NCBI GenBank assembly: GCA_009914755.4
Contig: CP068257.2
Span: 34,560,001-34,624,000, forward strand
Reading direction: 5' to 3'
Length of the DNA stretch: 64,000 nt
From: the human T2T-CHM13v2.0 reference genome, Homo sapiens
The notes beneath the pieces are model-generated. The model worked only from the letters and a program-made list of their open reading frames with translations, was not told the origin of the DNA and searched no databases. A program made the position numbers and the translations under genes. This document shows, one piece after another, positions 19,497 to 37,935 of the stretch (position 1 is its first letter; every line of letters begins with the position of its first letter).

Positions 19497-19790
19497 GGCT
19501 AGGCGCAGTGGCTCACACCCATAATCCCAGCATTTTGGGAGGCTGAGGCAGGAGGATTGCGTGAGCCCAGGAGTCTGAGACCAGTTGATCATTCTGGGCA
19601 ATGTAGGGAGACCTTGTCTCTACAGAACAATCTTTTTAAATTAGCCAGGCTTGGTGGCATGCACCTGCAGTCCCAGCTATTCAGGAGGCCAAGGTGGGAG
19701 GATCACTGGAACCTGGAGGTTGAAGCTGCATGGAACCATGATCGCACACTTGCTCTCCAGCCTGTGTAACAGAGTGCAACCCTTTTTTGA
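19497..19790 (+). mobile_element. Alu SINE
   Basis: gggctaggcgcagtggctcacacccataatcccagcattttgggaggctgagg... Confidence 0.9.
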
Positions 19791-19811
19791 TGACCACTAG
19801 TTATATCTGAT

Positions 19812-20100
19812 TTTTTTTTTTTTTTGAGATGAGATGGAGTCTCACCCTGTCGCCCAGGCTAGAGTGCAGTTGGCTCACTGCAACCTCTGCCTCCTGGGTT
19901 CAAGTGATTCTCCTGCCTTAGCCTCCTGAGTAGCTGGGATTATAGGCACGCGCCACCATGCCCGGCTAATTTTTTGTGTCTTTAGTAGAGACAGGGTTTC
20001 ATCATGTTGGCCAGGTTGGTCTTGAACTCCTGACCTTGTGATCCACCCACCTCTGCCTCCCAAAGTGCCAGGATTATAGGTGTGAGCCACTGCACCTGGC
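19812..20100 (-). mobile_element. Alu SINE (antisense; 22 bp from the preceding + Alu, giving an inverted pair)
   Basis: Poly-T, gagatgagatggagtctcaccctgtcgcccaggctagagtgcag..., ends gtgtgagccactgcacctggcc. Confidence 0.9.
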
Positions 20101-20533
20101 CATATCTGATTTTTTTTAAAGATGTCATTTTATTGAATTTGAGAATTCACTTAGACCACAGATATCTGATGAAAAATATTCTTGTTTTCCTTGTCTTCCT
20201 TTCATGTCCTGCATAACCTGAGTGTGCTTTAGAGGTGGGATCGTAGTGTTTGCGTACAAGAGGAAAGTTGTCATGGCCCTGTGGTCATGAGGCTGAGGGC
20301 CCACGATTCTGATGTGGATGGAATGCAGCTGGCATTGCACATGTCTTAGATGCTCTTCCCAACTGCCCGCTTTGTTCTAGGCACTGTGCAGGGTGCTGGA
20401 GACAGCAGAGAAGAGTGAGATAGTCCCTGCCCTCGCACTGTAGAGGGAAGGCCTGTTCTGCCTCCCTGAGATGGGGGCACTGAGCTAAATCACACGTGAG
20501 GAAGAGTTAGCAAGGTGGCCGGAAGGGCATTTA

Positions 20534-20961
<428 letters not shown>

Positions 20962-21016
20962 CTACTTATGCAGATCATTCCCTGATAACATCAGACACTG
21001 TGTTATAAGATTAAGC

Positions 21017-21367
<351 letters not shown>

Positions 21368-21939
21368 TTACTCTGTGCCACGAAGGACAGCATCGATCTG
21401 TTCACACTCTCGACCTTGCTTCTCGGGTACAGCAAGCACTCTGGGATGCTTTCCCGCAGACGTGTCGTGTATCCTGCTTATGGAAGCCTAGCTTGGGACT
21501 ACCATTGCTCCAGCCCAGTGGGGTGGTGCTGTTTTCCTCCTGGAGAACATGGGTTCCTCCCAGCACCATCTCCAACTGGTAGAAATGTCAGGCGTCACAG
21601 CCTGGAAGGCTTTAATCCCAATCCATATCTTCTGAGTGAGCCCCTACTCATGGCTTCCTGAGATGGAGAAGCACACGGCCCTCACCCATCACGGGCTCAG
21701 AGGTGTGACCGAGAAGCTGGCCACCTACTAAGAAAGTCCTTGTGCCTGCCTCATCTCCAGCGCTGCCAGAGCTGCTGTGGACTCTCGCCATGCAGTCCCT
21801 CTGCCCCTTTGTTGTGTATGTCTCTTTCTTACAGCCACACTGGGACATGGCTGCAGTCTCTCTGGCTTCAGCAGATCCACTCTCCATTGTAAATATCGCT
21901 GCCTTCTTCCTCATGTGTTTTTTTTGTCTTGTTTGACAG

Positions 21940-22121
21940 GCTCTTCAGAGTAACCTGAGGTACTCCTTGTTGCCAAGACGGCTCCTCATCAGCAAAAGAT
22001 TAGCTCAGTGTTTGCACCCTGCCCTGCCCAGTGGTGTCCACTTAAAAGCTCTGGAAACCTACGAGATTATCTTTAAAATCGTGGGGACCAAATGGCTGGC
22101 CAAGGACTTGTTTCTGTACAG
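21940..22121 (+). CDS. DOP1B: Dopey-family (DOP1B/DOPEY2-like) coding exon; first one identifiable in the window. Phase 0 to 2.
   Basis: Acceptor ttttttgtcttgtttgacag|g, donor ctgtacag|gtgcga. Translation [60 protein letters not shown](S), the conserved Dopey N-terminal domain. The paralog (DOP1B vs DOP1A) is a recollection-based guess. Confidence 0.85.
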
Positions 22122-22302
22122 GTGCGATTGCTTCTCTGCTGTGTTCCTTTTTATTACCCAAGTAGCCGGTATTTCAGCTCACAAGATGAGAAAATGACAA
22201 ACAGGCAAAATAAGCGTAGGGCTGTGTGTGCAACAGTTAATCATAAAGCCATCACCAGGAGACATCACTGGGCGCCTTCTGGAGTCTATCCGTCCTAACT
22301 TT

Positions 22303-22945
22303 GCTTTCTTTCTTTTTTTTTTTTAATTTAAGTTCTAGGGTACATATGCACAACGTGCAGGTTTGTCACACATGTATACATGTGCCATGTTGGTGTGCTG
22401 CACCCATTAACTCGTCATTTACATTAGGTGTATCTCCTAGTGCTATCCCTCCCCACTCCCCCGACCCCATGACAGGCCCCAGTGTGTGATGTTCCCCTTC
22501 CTGTGTCCAAGTGTTCTCATTGTTCAATCCCCACCTATGAGTGAGAACATGCCATGTTTGGTTTTTTGTCCTTGCGATAGTTTGCTGAGAATGATGGTTT
22601 CCAGCTTCATCCATGTCCCTACAAAGGACATGAACTCATCCTTTTTTATGGCTACATAGTATTCCATGGTGTATATGTGCCACATTTTCTTAATCCAGTC
22701 TATCATCGATGGACATTTGGGTTGGTTCCAAGTCTTTGCTATTGTGACTAGTGTTGCAATAAATATACGTGTGGATGTGTCTTTATAGCAGTTTGATTTA
22801 TAATCCTTTGGGTATATACCCAGTAACGGGATGGCTGGGTCAAATGGTATTTCTAGTTCTAGATCCTTGAGGAATCGCCACACTGACTTCCACAATGGTT
22901 GAACTAGTTAACAGTCCCACCAACAGTGTGAAAGTGTTCCTATTT
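22303..22945 (-). mobile_element. L1 (L1PA-like) 3' end: 3'UTR plus ORF2 C-terminus, antisense, 5'-truncated
   Basis: Reverse complement of the L1 3' end (ggtacatatgcacaacgtgcaggtttgtcacacatgtatacatgtgccatgttggtgtgctgcacccattaactcgtcatttacattaggtgtatctcctag...). The minus ORF 22524-22895 gives ORF2p C-terminal text (..IATLVTIAKTWNQPKCPSMIDWIKKMWHIYTMEYYVAIKKDEFMSFVGTWMKLETIILSKL..). Confidence 0.9.
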
Positions 22946-23200
22946 CTCCACATCCTCTCCAGCACCCCATTTGGACTTTGCTACAAGGGAACTTTAGCAT
23001 CTGAACGTGCGGACAGCTTCATTGCTGGCTTGTTACGTAACAGTGTTTTGTGACCATCTCATGTCATACCCACACATCGAAACCAGCAGTTTAAATGGCC
23101 AGCTGTTTGCTTGTGAAAACTCCCCTCGGCTGGCTTGTCACCTGGGACTTCTGACTGGGTATCTTATTTCTGCCCCGCTCCCTCTCGTTCTTTCTCGAAG

Positions 23201-23371
23201 CTGCGGGTTATTTCCTCTCCTGGCACACGCGGCGGTGTCGGTGAGGCCGGTGCTGCTCACCCTGTACGAGAAGTACTTCCTCCCACTGCAGAAGCTGCTC
23301 CTGCCCAGTCTGCAGGCCTTCATCGTGGGCCTGCTGCCCGGCCTTGAAGAGGGCTCCGAGATCTCCGACAG
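23201..23371 (+). CDS. DOP1B: DOP1B-like coding exon; phase 2 to 2
   Basis: Acceptor ccctctcgttctttctcgaag|c, donor ctccgacag|gtgcgtgg. Translation (S)[56 protein letters not shown](R). Frame joins exactly to the previous exon (AG+C=Ser). Confidence 0.88.
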
Positions 23372-23431
23372 GTGCGTGGGCGTCTTGTCCAGGCTGTGTT
23401 TACTCCACTGCTTTATAAGACGCGGGGAGGG

Positions 23432-23886
<455 letters not shown>

Positions 23887-23892
23887 TTAGGC

Positions 23893-24039
23893 GGAGAGAA
23901 ATGTAGCTCATTAATAAGGGAGACCATAGTGCAGGGTTCCCATGATGTCCTGTCCCGTTACGGAGTTACCCACAGAGTCACCATGTGTGGAGGGAAGACA
24001 TACCCTCTTAGGGCGCCTAGTGTGGAGGAAATGAAGGGA

Positions 24040-24040
<1 letters not shown>
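23893..24040 (+). repeat. About 150-bp segment that recurs at about 87% identity at 27196-27345 (unclassified repeat or local duplication), directly followed by a MIR
   Basis: gctcattaataagggagaccatagtgcagggttcccatgatgtcctgtcccgttacggagttacccacagagtcaccatgtgtggagggaagacataccctcttagggcgcctagtgtggaggaaatgaagggaccctttcctg vs the 27196 copy. Confidence 0.7.
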
Positions 24041-24573
<533 letters not shown>

Positions 24574-24580
24574 TAAATTA

Positions 24581-25158
<578 letters not shown>

Positions 25159-26245
25159 TTATTAACTCTTCTGAGAGATGCCACAGTGATTCACCTCTGT
25201 TAATGGGACCTGTTTTAAGAGCCCATGTTCAGTCACTGGTGACTTTTGTGCTTGTAAAAGCTGCCATGTGATTACACAACGCGCTGCTCATATTACCCTG
25301 TGCTGGAGGCCCTAGTCAGGTCACCCTTTCCTGTGGTGTCAGCTGTGACTGAGGGGTGCAGGAGGCTGGAGTCTAACCCAGGAATCAATCCAAGGTCCAT
25401 TTGCACGGCTCCCCCAGCCTTAAGTAAACCAAGTAATCAGAATGGTTTGAAGGGTTAGTTAGGAAGTGGCCAAGGGTGCATTTCGTGAGCTCTATATCAG
25501 GACTTGACAGATGTAACTAAAACATTGCACTTTAACCATTTCAAGCTCTCACATAGACCAGGTGTTGGCTCTCCATTTCCCAAAGGAGAATCCACCTTTA
25601 CAGTTTCTACCTTAGGAGGCAGAATCTGTCTCGTTGCGGTTTTAAGCCCAGCGCCAGGCCCTGTGGCTGGTACACGGTGAGACTCGGTAAGTGTGTGTTG
25701 AGTTAACGAGTGGTCCAGGTCACATAGGAGGCAGCTGGAGGACATTGCCAGACTCCATGCCAATGGACTCCTAATCCCAGGCCCTTTCTAGAAGTTCTGC
25801 TGTGTTTGTGTTCTGATGACAGATATGTGAGTATACATCCTACATGATTTTTCCATCATTGGACAGATGAACACATTAGTTCCCTAAAGCTTACTGTGAT
25901 CTTTTAAATCTGTGTGAATCACACTAGAAGTGTAAATAGTTGGAGTGTTTTTGTTTTCTTAGTTGATAAATAAAGGTTCATTTGAACAGTTGCTAAAGTT
26001 GCTTAACATTGATTTTTTTTCTGAATATTGTGATTTCTTGACATTGAACCAAGAGCCAAGTAAAGCTTCATGAATCACCGAATCTATTTAGCTGTGACAG
26101 AAAACCAAATGCAATGTGGCACCCAGAAGTGATTAGTTATCAGCTCTCCAAGGTGGATGCAGGTGAAAGGTTATACAATAATCTCTGAGCCAGTGTGTTG
26201 CAGCCACAGTAATTGAAGTGACTGTACAAGATTTTTTGGTTGCTA

Positions 26246-26731
<486 letters not shown>

Positions 26732-27195
26732 CTATGACTGGTCAGAAATCCTTTTTTTTTTTTTTTAAGTGCCCATGAAATAGCTACATAGCTGTGTTTT
26801 GCTGTACTAAGAAAACAAGATTAGAACAGGGAAAGCACTAAACTCTTCTTCTCAGGAGATGAGGAGAGGTGAATGTTTTAAATGGTTTGTAAGAAGGCAA
26901 CAACTAGCTCACCAGATATTTCCATTTAAATCAGTAATTTTCAATGTAGTAGTAATTTTGCCTCTCAGGGTACATTTGACAATATCTGGAGACAGTTTTG
27001 GCTGTCACAACTGGGGGTGGGGAGGGTGCTACTGATATTTAGTGGGTAGAGTCCAGGAGCTGCTGAACATTTTACAATGCACACAGGTGCCCCGACAACA
27101 AAGACTTACCTGGTCCCAGATGTCAGTGGGGTGGACGTTCAGAAACCCTGGCTTAAAGAGTTGAAAAATATTTATTGACATTTCTTTTCTTTTGG

Positions 27196-27345
27196 AGCTC
27201 ATTAATAAGGGAGGCCATAGTACAGAGTTTCCATGATGTCCTGTCCCATTAAAGAGTTACCCACAGCGTCACCATATGAAGAGGGGAAGACGTACCCTCT
27301 TAGGGCCCCTATCGTGGAGGAAACAAATGGACCCTTTACTGAGCA
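27196..27345 (+). repeat. Second copy of the about 150-bp segment seen at 23893-24040, followed by a short MIR-like stub and Alu fragments
   Basis: gagctcattaataagggaggccatagtacagagtttccatgatgtcctgtcccattaaagagttacccacagcgtcaccatatgaagaggggaagacgtaccctcttagggcccctatcgtggaggaaacaaatggaccctttactgagcacttgcgacgtgcatgacccacatgatcacattg. Confidence 0.7.
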
Positions 27346-27387
27346 CTTGCGACGTGCATGACCCACATGATCACATTGAATTCCAGG

Positions 27388-28151
<764 letters not shown>

Positions 28152-28200
28152 TGAAGGAGCTGCGTTTGCAGAAGGCATGAGAGAGCATAAGCTGGGATGA

Positions 28201-28584
<384 letters not shown>

Positions 28585-28607
28585 TGAATTAAAAGTTTAG
28601 GGTTCCC

Positions 28608-28963
<356 letters not shown>

Positions 28964-29133
28964 TCATAGTAACTCTTGTTGAGTAGGAAGTTATTTCGTT
29001 TTTAACCCCGTTTATTTTGCTCTCTCATACCAAAGGTTTGTCATAGTTGCTGTTGTTTCTACTATGATGTCATTTAAATTGTTAGTATGCATCCATTTTT
29101 TTTAGAATAAAATGAGACTTAAAAAACAAAGCT

Positions 29134-29430
29134 GGCTGGGCACAGTGGCTCACACCTGTAGTCCCAGCACTGAGAGGCCATGCAGGGTGGACCACTTGAA
29201 GCCAAAAGTTCAAGACCAGCCTGGGCAACATGGTGAAACTCTGTCTACATATAAAATGCAAAAATTAGCCCAGTGTGGCAGCATGGGTGTGTAGTCCCAG
29301 CTACTCAGAGGCTGAGGCAGGAAAATTGATTGAGCCCAGGAGGTCAGGGCTGCAGTGAGCTGTGTTCATGCCACTGCACTCCAGCCTGGGTGACAGAGTA
29401 ACACCCTGCCTCAAAAAAAAAAAAAAAAAT
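29134..29430 (+). mobile_element. Alu SINE (older, diverged)
   Basis: ggctgggcacagtggctcacacctgtagtcccagcactgagaggccatgcaggg...; poly-A at 29412-29430. Confidence 0.85.
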
Positions 29431-30047
29431 TATTTCTTTAATAGAAAGCTAGTAGCCAGTTTTCAGAATATTGAAGAGACAACATAGGCAGCGTTTCCCA
29501 TACTTTTTGAGGGTGGAACCCCTCTTCTGTGGAACATCTCTAGTGGCCAGTGTTCCATGGAACATACTTTGGGAATATGCAGTTCTAATTAAAGGGGGAC
29601 TGTGACACCACGATGTGTGCATTATAGTGTTTGTGATGATTTCAGAGCTAGGCAAAGACAAGCTCTATTTGTTTACTCAGCCTTTAATAGAAGACCAATC
29701 AATAACCTCAGCCATTAAATCGCCCTGCCTACTTCTTCTATACACTTAGCCATTACTTATGCCTCTTCATTTTTATTTTTTCTAAGAAGACGGTACCATG
29801 CATTATTTCCTGCAATATTTTACAGGAAGTTCAGACTAATTTTAAGGAGAACAAAATGTACTTTTAATATAACACGATGGTAGATATTTTTGAAGGAAAT
29901 ACAAAAAAATTAACCGAGGGGTTTTTCGAGTGCCAACCTGGAGTCACTTGCTCAAATAGGCACTGGGGCTGTGACAGCAAACAGAGTGGACCTAGTAGTA
30001 ATTGCAGGCGGCATGGCCCAAGCATTAGGTCTGTTCTTCTGGGTTGA

Positions 30048-30368
30048 GTTTTTTTTTTTTCTTTTTTTCTTTTCTTTTTTTTTTTTGAGACAGAGTCTCA
30101 CTCTGTTGCCCAGGCTGGAGTGCAGTGACGGCCTCTCGGCTCACTGCAAACTCCGCCTCCCGGCTTCAAGCAATTCTCCTGCCTCAGCCTCCCCAGTAGC
30201 TGGGATTATAGGCACCTGCCATCATGCCTCGCTAATTTTTGCATTTTTAATAGAGATGGGGTTTCACCATGTTGTCCAGGCTGGTCTCAAACTCCTGACC
30301 TCAGGTGATCCACCCGCCTCAGCCTCCCCGAGTGCTGGGATTACAGGCATGAGCCACCACGCCCAGCC
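30048..30368 (-). mobile_element. Alu SINE (antisense) with a long interrupted poly-T head
   Basis: ttttttttttctttttttcttttcttttttttttttgagacagagtctcactctgttgcccaggctggagtgcagtgacgg...gcatgagccaccacgcccagcc. Confidence 0.9.
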
Positions 30369-31598
30369 AAACAGTTTTTTTTGTTTTTTTTTTTTTTTTT
30401 TTTGAGGGGACTCTCACTTCATTCTCACAACATCTCCACGAGGTCGAGGCTCCTTCCCCTGTCTTTTAGCTGAGCACGGGCGTGCACAGATGTTAAACTG
30501 GTCCTAGGTCCTGCATCTAGGAGGCATCACAACCAGGATCTGGACACGGGAGGGCCAACTCTGGCAAGCTCTGTGAACCAACACATTCCACCGGGTTGGT
30601 TTTTCTGATTGTTTTTTGTGGTCTTTGCAGATAGGAAGCATGTGAGAAACTGAATCCTTTCAGGTAATGAGTCAGATCCTTCGTGGGGTGATATCCCTTA
30701 GGGGGAATGTGCCTCTGCTGTTTTACTGGTAGATGCTGTCACCCAGCCTGCAGATTGTGTGCACTGAGGACAGGGAAAGGGCCGCAGTCAGCTGCAGGGA
30801 CACCACCGAACAGACATGGGCCTGGCCTTGGTCAGCGTCAGGGGAAAAACGAGCCCTGATCCACTGGTGACGCTGCTTCTCTTAAAAGGATGCATGAGAA
30901 GGTGCTGACTTTGTATCACGGGAGACCTAGATAAAGATAAGAGGCGAACAAATGCCCGGCCTCAGCACAAGAGCCCCTGGGAGCGGGAGTCAGCACATGC
31001 AGGTGCTGTGGGCAGACTGAAAGGAAACACCACTCCAGGCTGATGGAATTTGCAGGGTCGTGGGAGGCCCCAGGCAGATTTGCCCCTAGCATTTCTAAAG
31101 GCAGATGTCACTTGGCACATTTTTGGCTGTGCTCAAGTTGGTGGCATCTAATTGCTTAAGTCTTTGATCAGTCTCCTCAGCATATGCTTGTTTTTGATAC
31201 ACCAATGGCTCCTTCCGCTTTTCTGTGAAGTGGCTGACCTGCCTATCCCTCTTATGGTGGAACCTCCCTTCCGTGAGCACCTAGGCATCCGTGGCACGGC
31301 CAGGGTGGAGATGGGTCTCTGCCCTGCCACGCACGACTGCTTAGCCACTTTCCATTGGCCAAGACACCGCGCTGCCTAGTGACATTGGTTTTAGCAAATC
31401 CAGGGTCAGTGTGACAGCCAGCAGGTGGACACACACAGCAGGGTGAGAGATGGCAGCGGCTCCCGGCGATGAGGAAGGTGGGGCTTCCCCAGCCAGGCGA
31501 ATCCGCTGTGGTACTTCATGCAGCATTCGCAGAGCAGTGTGCAGTGGGACTCGGGAAGATGGGGCGAGCCCTTGAACCCTATCCTCTCTCATCAACAG

Positions 31599-31788
31599 AA
31601 CGGATGCTCTGCTCCTGAGACTGTCGCTGGTGGTTGGCAAAGAGGTGTTTTACACCGCCCTCTGGGGGAGCGTCCTGGCCAGCCCGTCCATCCGCCTCCC
31701 TGCCTCAGTCTTCGTGGTGGGCCACATCAACAGGGATGCCCCCGGCCGGGAGCAGAAGTACATGCTGGGGACCAATCACCAACTCACG
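31599..31788 (+). CDS. DOP1B: DOP1B-like coding exon; phase 2 to 0
   Basis: Acceptor ccctatcctctctcatcaacag|a, donor caactcacg|gtgggtg. Translation (R)[63 protein letters not shown]. The 408-aa ORF in the track here is a read-through artefact. Confidence 0.85.
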
Positions 31789-31996
31789 GTGGGTGCTGTG
31801 TTCCTCACAGGGCATGGGGAGGAGGCGACATGTGGGCACAGCATCCTCATGGGCAGGTTGTCACTGAAGCTGCAAAGGGACATCCAGGAAAGGGAGGTGC
31901 ACCAAGCTTAAGTCTGGGTAACGAACGGCTGAGCAAGGCGAGAAGGAGGCCTTGTGCAGTTGAGGCTGGTGGTGGCTTTTTTAACATATGCATTAA

Positions 31997-32296
<300 letters not shown>

Positions 32297-33107
32297 TAAG
32301 TGTTCACACCCTCAGAGGTCCCTTCTGGAGGCCCCTGGCTTTGCAGAAATGTGCTTAGCTGCACACGGCGCTCAGACGGCCTCTGCACGCAGAGGGTCTG
32401 CTGCATTGGCGGGTCTTTGTTTCCTTCCTCTGTCCTGTGTCACGGGGGCCACTGCCCACTCACACATGGAAACCCCCTCCTCCCTTGGCGTCCTCCCCCT
32501 CCTCTCTTGTCTCCATTGGCTGCTCTCAAACCTAAATTATTGGGGTCCCCCAGGTATCCATCTCCAGGCCCTTCAAGGGAAGCTCTCTTCCCTGGTAACG
32601 ACATCCCTTCTCGTGCCCTTAGAAATGGTAACCTCCCAGATCTTTGTCTCTTTTCCCCAAACCTGCCTCTTGTGCTTTTGTGTCTTGCTGTCTTTCGCCA
32701 CCTGGTGGTGTTCCCACACTTTGATCTTAAAGTGTTCAGATTGAATTCGCAGGTGAGAAGATCTGCAGCTGAGTGTGAATTACCCTCTGGTTCCATTTCT
32801 CTTTGCAAAATGGGGGTTGTAGACCTGCTTCACAGGATCTCTCTGATGACAAGGTGGAAAAATGGATGAAAAGCGCCTCGCACAATGATCAGGACACAGG
32901 CGACCCCGATGAACACGTCCCTTTCCTGCCCCGTCAGTATCCCCTTTGTCTCTTTCTCTCCATCGTCTCAGCCCTGCTCTGGCTTCTTGTCTCTTACTCT
33001 TGGATCTGACTGGTTTCTTCCCATCCCAAATCTGCTAAGAGATTTGGGATGGGGAGAAAGCCTAGCTTTGCTCATATGTATCCTGTGCTTTAAAAATGTC
33101 TGACTTC

Positions 33108-33247
33108 CCGGCTGGGTGCGGTGACTCATGCCTGTAATCTCAGCACTTTGGGAGCCCTGAGGCAGGTGAATCACTTGAGGTCAGGAGGTCAAGAGCAGCC
33201 AGGCCAACATGATGAAACCCCACGTTTATTAAAAATACAAAAATTAG
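33108..33247 (+). mobile_element. Alu left monomer (host Alu; TSD tctgacttcc shared with the segment at 33549-33720)
   Basis: ggctgggtgcggtgactcatgcctgtaatctcagcactttgggagccctgaggcagg...aaaaatacaaaaattagc. aaaatgtctgacttcc lies before and aaaatatctgacttcc after the whole 33108-33720 cluster. Confidence 0.85.
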
Positions 33248-33917
<670 letters not shown>

Positions 33918-34436
33918 TCAGTGTAGCTCCTTCCTGTTCTTCAAGCCCAGCTTTCCCGTGGAGCATCATTGTTCTCTGCAGTTGAAAGAGCTCTCCTCTT
34001 CTGAACTCTGAGCGTTTGTCTGTGGCTCTAATTTCTTATGCATCTCTAGTCTACCTATCTGTATTCAGAAAAGACACTCAGAATATCTACTGAATTGATC
34101 AGGAATTATTTTCCCATGTGTCTTCAGAGCTTTAGTTTAAGGTTCCTGTTGGATCCTTTCTGGGATCGTAGAATTTGAGATCATAGAACCCGGCCATCTG
34201 GTCCAAACCCCTCCGGCTCTCACGTGGAACAGTGAGGTCTGCAGCTGAACGTCTTCTCCGATGTCACGCAGCCTGTGGCCTCGAGAGCTAGAACCCACAC
34301 CCTCCTGACCTGTGGCTGCTGGTTCTCTTCTGAGTGATATAACGCAGGAGTTTCAAGATTCCCGGGAAAGGTTACTTTCGTTTTTATGACCATAAAGAGT
34401 AGCCTGAAAATGCTAGTGCCGTTTGATCGTTTACAG

Positions 34437-34535
34437 GTGAAGTCTTTGCGTGCCTCCCTGTTGGACTCAAATGTTCTTGTGCAAAGAAATAATCTGGAAA
34501 TCGTTCTGTTTTTCTTCCCATTTTATACCTGTCTG
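34437..34535 (+). CDS. DOP1B: DOP1B-like coding exon (99 nt); phase 0 to 0
   Basis: Acceptor gccgtttgatcgtttacag|g, donor cctgtctg|gtaagta. Translation [33 protein letters not shown]. Confidence 0.85.
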
Positions 34536-34857
34536 GTAAGTAATTTGTACTCTTCTGGTAAGTCACTGGTGTTTCCCAAGGGGTGGGATATAGATCTCAA
34601 GCAGTTCTGTCGTACGAGGACAGCTCAGCCACTCATGGGCATTATTTGCTGGTAGCCAGTGAAAAGTCCTTGTTCATTTTTGCAAGGATAGCGTTTTCAT
34701 TGCACGTATTGAATAGCTTCTTTCCATGGGTAATGTGTAAGGAACCAGCCCATTTTGAGATAGAGCTTTGCAGACCAGCAAGGAAGGGCTGCGTGTCAAA
34801 AAGTCAGCAATCTGCCCTATCATTCCCTTGCAGTAAATTTCTCTGTCCTTCTAATAG

Positions 34858-34981
34858 GATTCCAATGAGAGAGCCATCCCCCTCCTCAGATCTGACATCG
34901 TGCGCATTCTCTCAGCCGCCACCCAGACCCTACTGAGAAGGGACATGTCCCTGAACAGAAGACTGTATGCATGGTTACTAG
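34858..34981 (+). CDS. DOP1B: DOP1B-like coding exon (124 nt); phase 0 to 1
   Basis: Acceptor ctctgtccttctaatag|g, donor ggttactag|gtactga. Translation [41 protein letters not shown](G). This frame is not shown in the ORF track. Confidence 0.85.
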
Positions 34982-35659
34982 GTACTGAGCAGTATACACC
35001 CTTTTAAAGTCAAAGTTAATATGAAACCTTTTAGTGCTGACTTCTGGAATAAGATTTGGTCTTGGTGATGTATCTCTGAATCATGAAGTATGGAAAGATA
35101 CCACAATGACTAAATATGGCACTGGTCAGTTGAGGTCTGCTGCCTACACATAGCTTGGTTATTTTGCAGTTTCTTTTTTAAAAAAGGGGAAATAATAAGT
35201 GGGATTTTTAAAATGCCAACTGAATTCCATTTAAGAGCTTGAAATACCACCAAAAAGTGGTAGCAAAACCTTATTCAGGTAGAAGCCTGTTGCTATGGAG
35301 AAGTTCCATGGGATGAGGGTGTATCGTGGAGAAAACTTACAAATATTGTGGAAGATATGTAGATAAAGGAGGAGGTTTTGTGTAAGTGTAAATGTTTTGG
35401 GAGACATTTGGATAACTTTGGAGATCACGAGAGCCCCTGGGCCATGTTTCTGTGTGTCAGAGTGTGTGGACTGCCTATAAATTTGTTGGCAAAGGGCCCT
35501 TGACTATTGGTTGGAAGGCCTCCCAGGGACAGAGCCTAGGAAATTGCAACTTTAAAGATAACACGTTCATGAATTTTCTAAAGTCCCATATTCACGTACC
35601 TAAGAAAACGTATACAAAACGATTGTGACAGGACTTAACAGCTCTGATCAACTCTCAAC

Positions 35660-35955
<296 letters not shown>

Positions 35956-36215
35956 AGCCTAGCATTCAGATCTTATCAAAGATCTTACCAAAGTCAAGAA
36001 GTCCTCTTCAGTCCTTCCTGCTGTTCTCCCTAGTTATAAAACTTTAGAAAGTCATTGCATGGAAGCTTACTAAGGATTTTAAGAAGACTATTTGTAGGCT
36101 CTTTAAGGATTTGTATGTAAAGGATGATTTTGTCAAGGGCACAGCTCTGCTCCTACGGGACTTGATATGCTGTGTGGAGGACACTGGGCCTGACCACAGT
36201 GCCAGCTCTGGCTCA

Positions 36216-36787
<572 letters not shown>

Positions 36788-36964
36788 TCATTAGCCACAC
36801 CACTGTCAGAAGAAGAAAATCTGACGTGGTCTTTCTGGATCTGATTTTGGTTTTCCATCAGAAGAATGATATTTTTAAAAATATTGGAGCATGAGACTTT
36901 TGCACAATATGATGTCCTTTAAAAGCACAGCTCTCTTTACAGCTCGGCGCTTGTTCTTTTGTAG

Positions 36965-37074
36965 GCTCAGACATAAAAGGAAATACCGTTGTGCCAGAAT
37001 CTGAAATCTCAAATTCTTATGAAGACCAGTCGTCTTATTTTTTTGAAAAATACTCCAAGGATCTTTTAGTTGAG
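36965..37074 (+). CDS. DOP1B: DOP1B-like coding exon (110 nt); phase 1 to 0
   Basis: Acceptor ctcggcgcttgttcttttgtag|g, donor tttagttgag|gtaaag. Translation (G)[36 protein letters not shown]. Confidence 0.85.
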
Positions 37075-37325
37075 GTAAAGGAGCATTTCCGGAAAGTTCA
37101 GGGTATCCTTGGTGACGATTCTCCAGTGGATTTCTTTGGGAGGCTTCCACATAGGCAGTGAGCACGTTCCTTGGCCCCTGGTTTGGGGAACTGCAGGGTA
37201 TTTGTTGCATGCTGGGTGACTGGTTTTCCTTCTGTCCCAGAGTATTTAACAATTAGAATAGCCAGTAATGTTGTTACACTTTATGATATACGATATTCTA
37301 ATATGTGGCTTTTTTTAAATAATAG

Positions 37326-37440
37326 GGTTTGGCTGAGATATTGCATCAGAAGTTCATAGATGCTGACGTGGAGGAACGCCATCATGCATACCTGAAGCCT
37401 TTTCGCGTCCTCATCAGTCTGCTTGACAAGCCAGAAATAG
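37326..37440 (+). CDS. DOP1B: DOP1B-like coding exon (115 nt); phase 0 to 1
   Basis: Acceptor gtggctttttttaaataatag|g, donor ccagaaatag|gtaatg. Translation [38 protein letters not shown](G). Confidence 0.85.
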
Positions 37441-37626
37441 GTAATGTTAGAAATGCTGCTTCTATCCTATGCTGAATACAGATTACCTGTTTTCAGGGAA
37501 ATACAACATGGTGAGATACAACCAAAGCGTTATTTTGAATATAATTTAATATTTGGAATTTCACAACTTTGAAGTCATGTTATATGGTTCAATGATCATA
37601 TCTGTGGTCACTTACAAGTTTTGCAT

Positions 37627-37935
37627 GGCTGGGCGCAGTGGCTCATGCCTGTAATCCTAGCACTTTGGGAGGTAGAGGAAGGAAGATCACTTGAGCTCAT
37701 GGATTTGAAACCAGCCTGGGTAATATGGCTGAAAAGCCATGTTGAAAAACCCCATCTCTATAAAAAAATACAAAAAAATTAGCCAGGCGTGGTGGTGCTT
37801 CCCTGTAGTCCCAGCTACCAAGTGGCTGAGGTGGGAAGACCACCTGAGCCCAGGGGGTCGAGGCTGCAGTGAGCTGTGATTGTACCACGGCACTCCAGCC
37901 TGGGCGACAGAGTGAGACCCAGTCTGAAAAAAAAG
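37627..37935 (+). mobile_element. Alu SINE (diverged)
   Basis: ggctgggcgcagtggctcatgcctgtaatcctagcactttgggaggtagaggaagg...gagacccagtctgaaaaaaaag. Confidence 0.9.
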
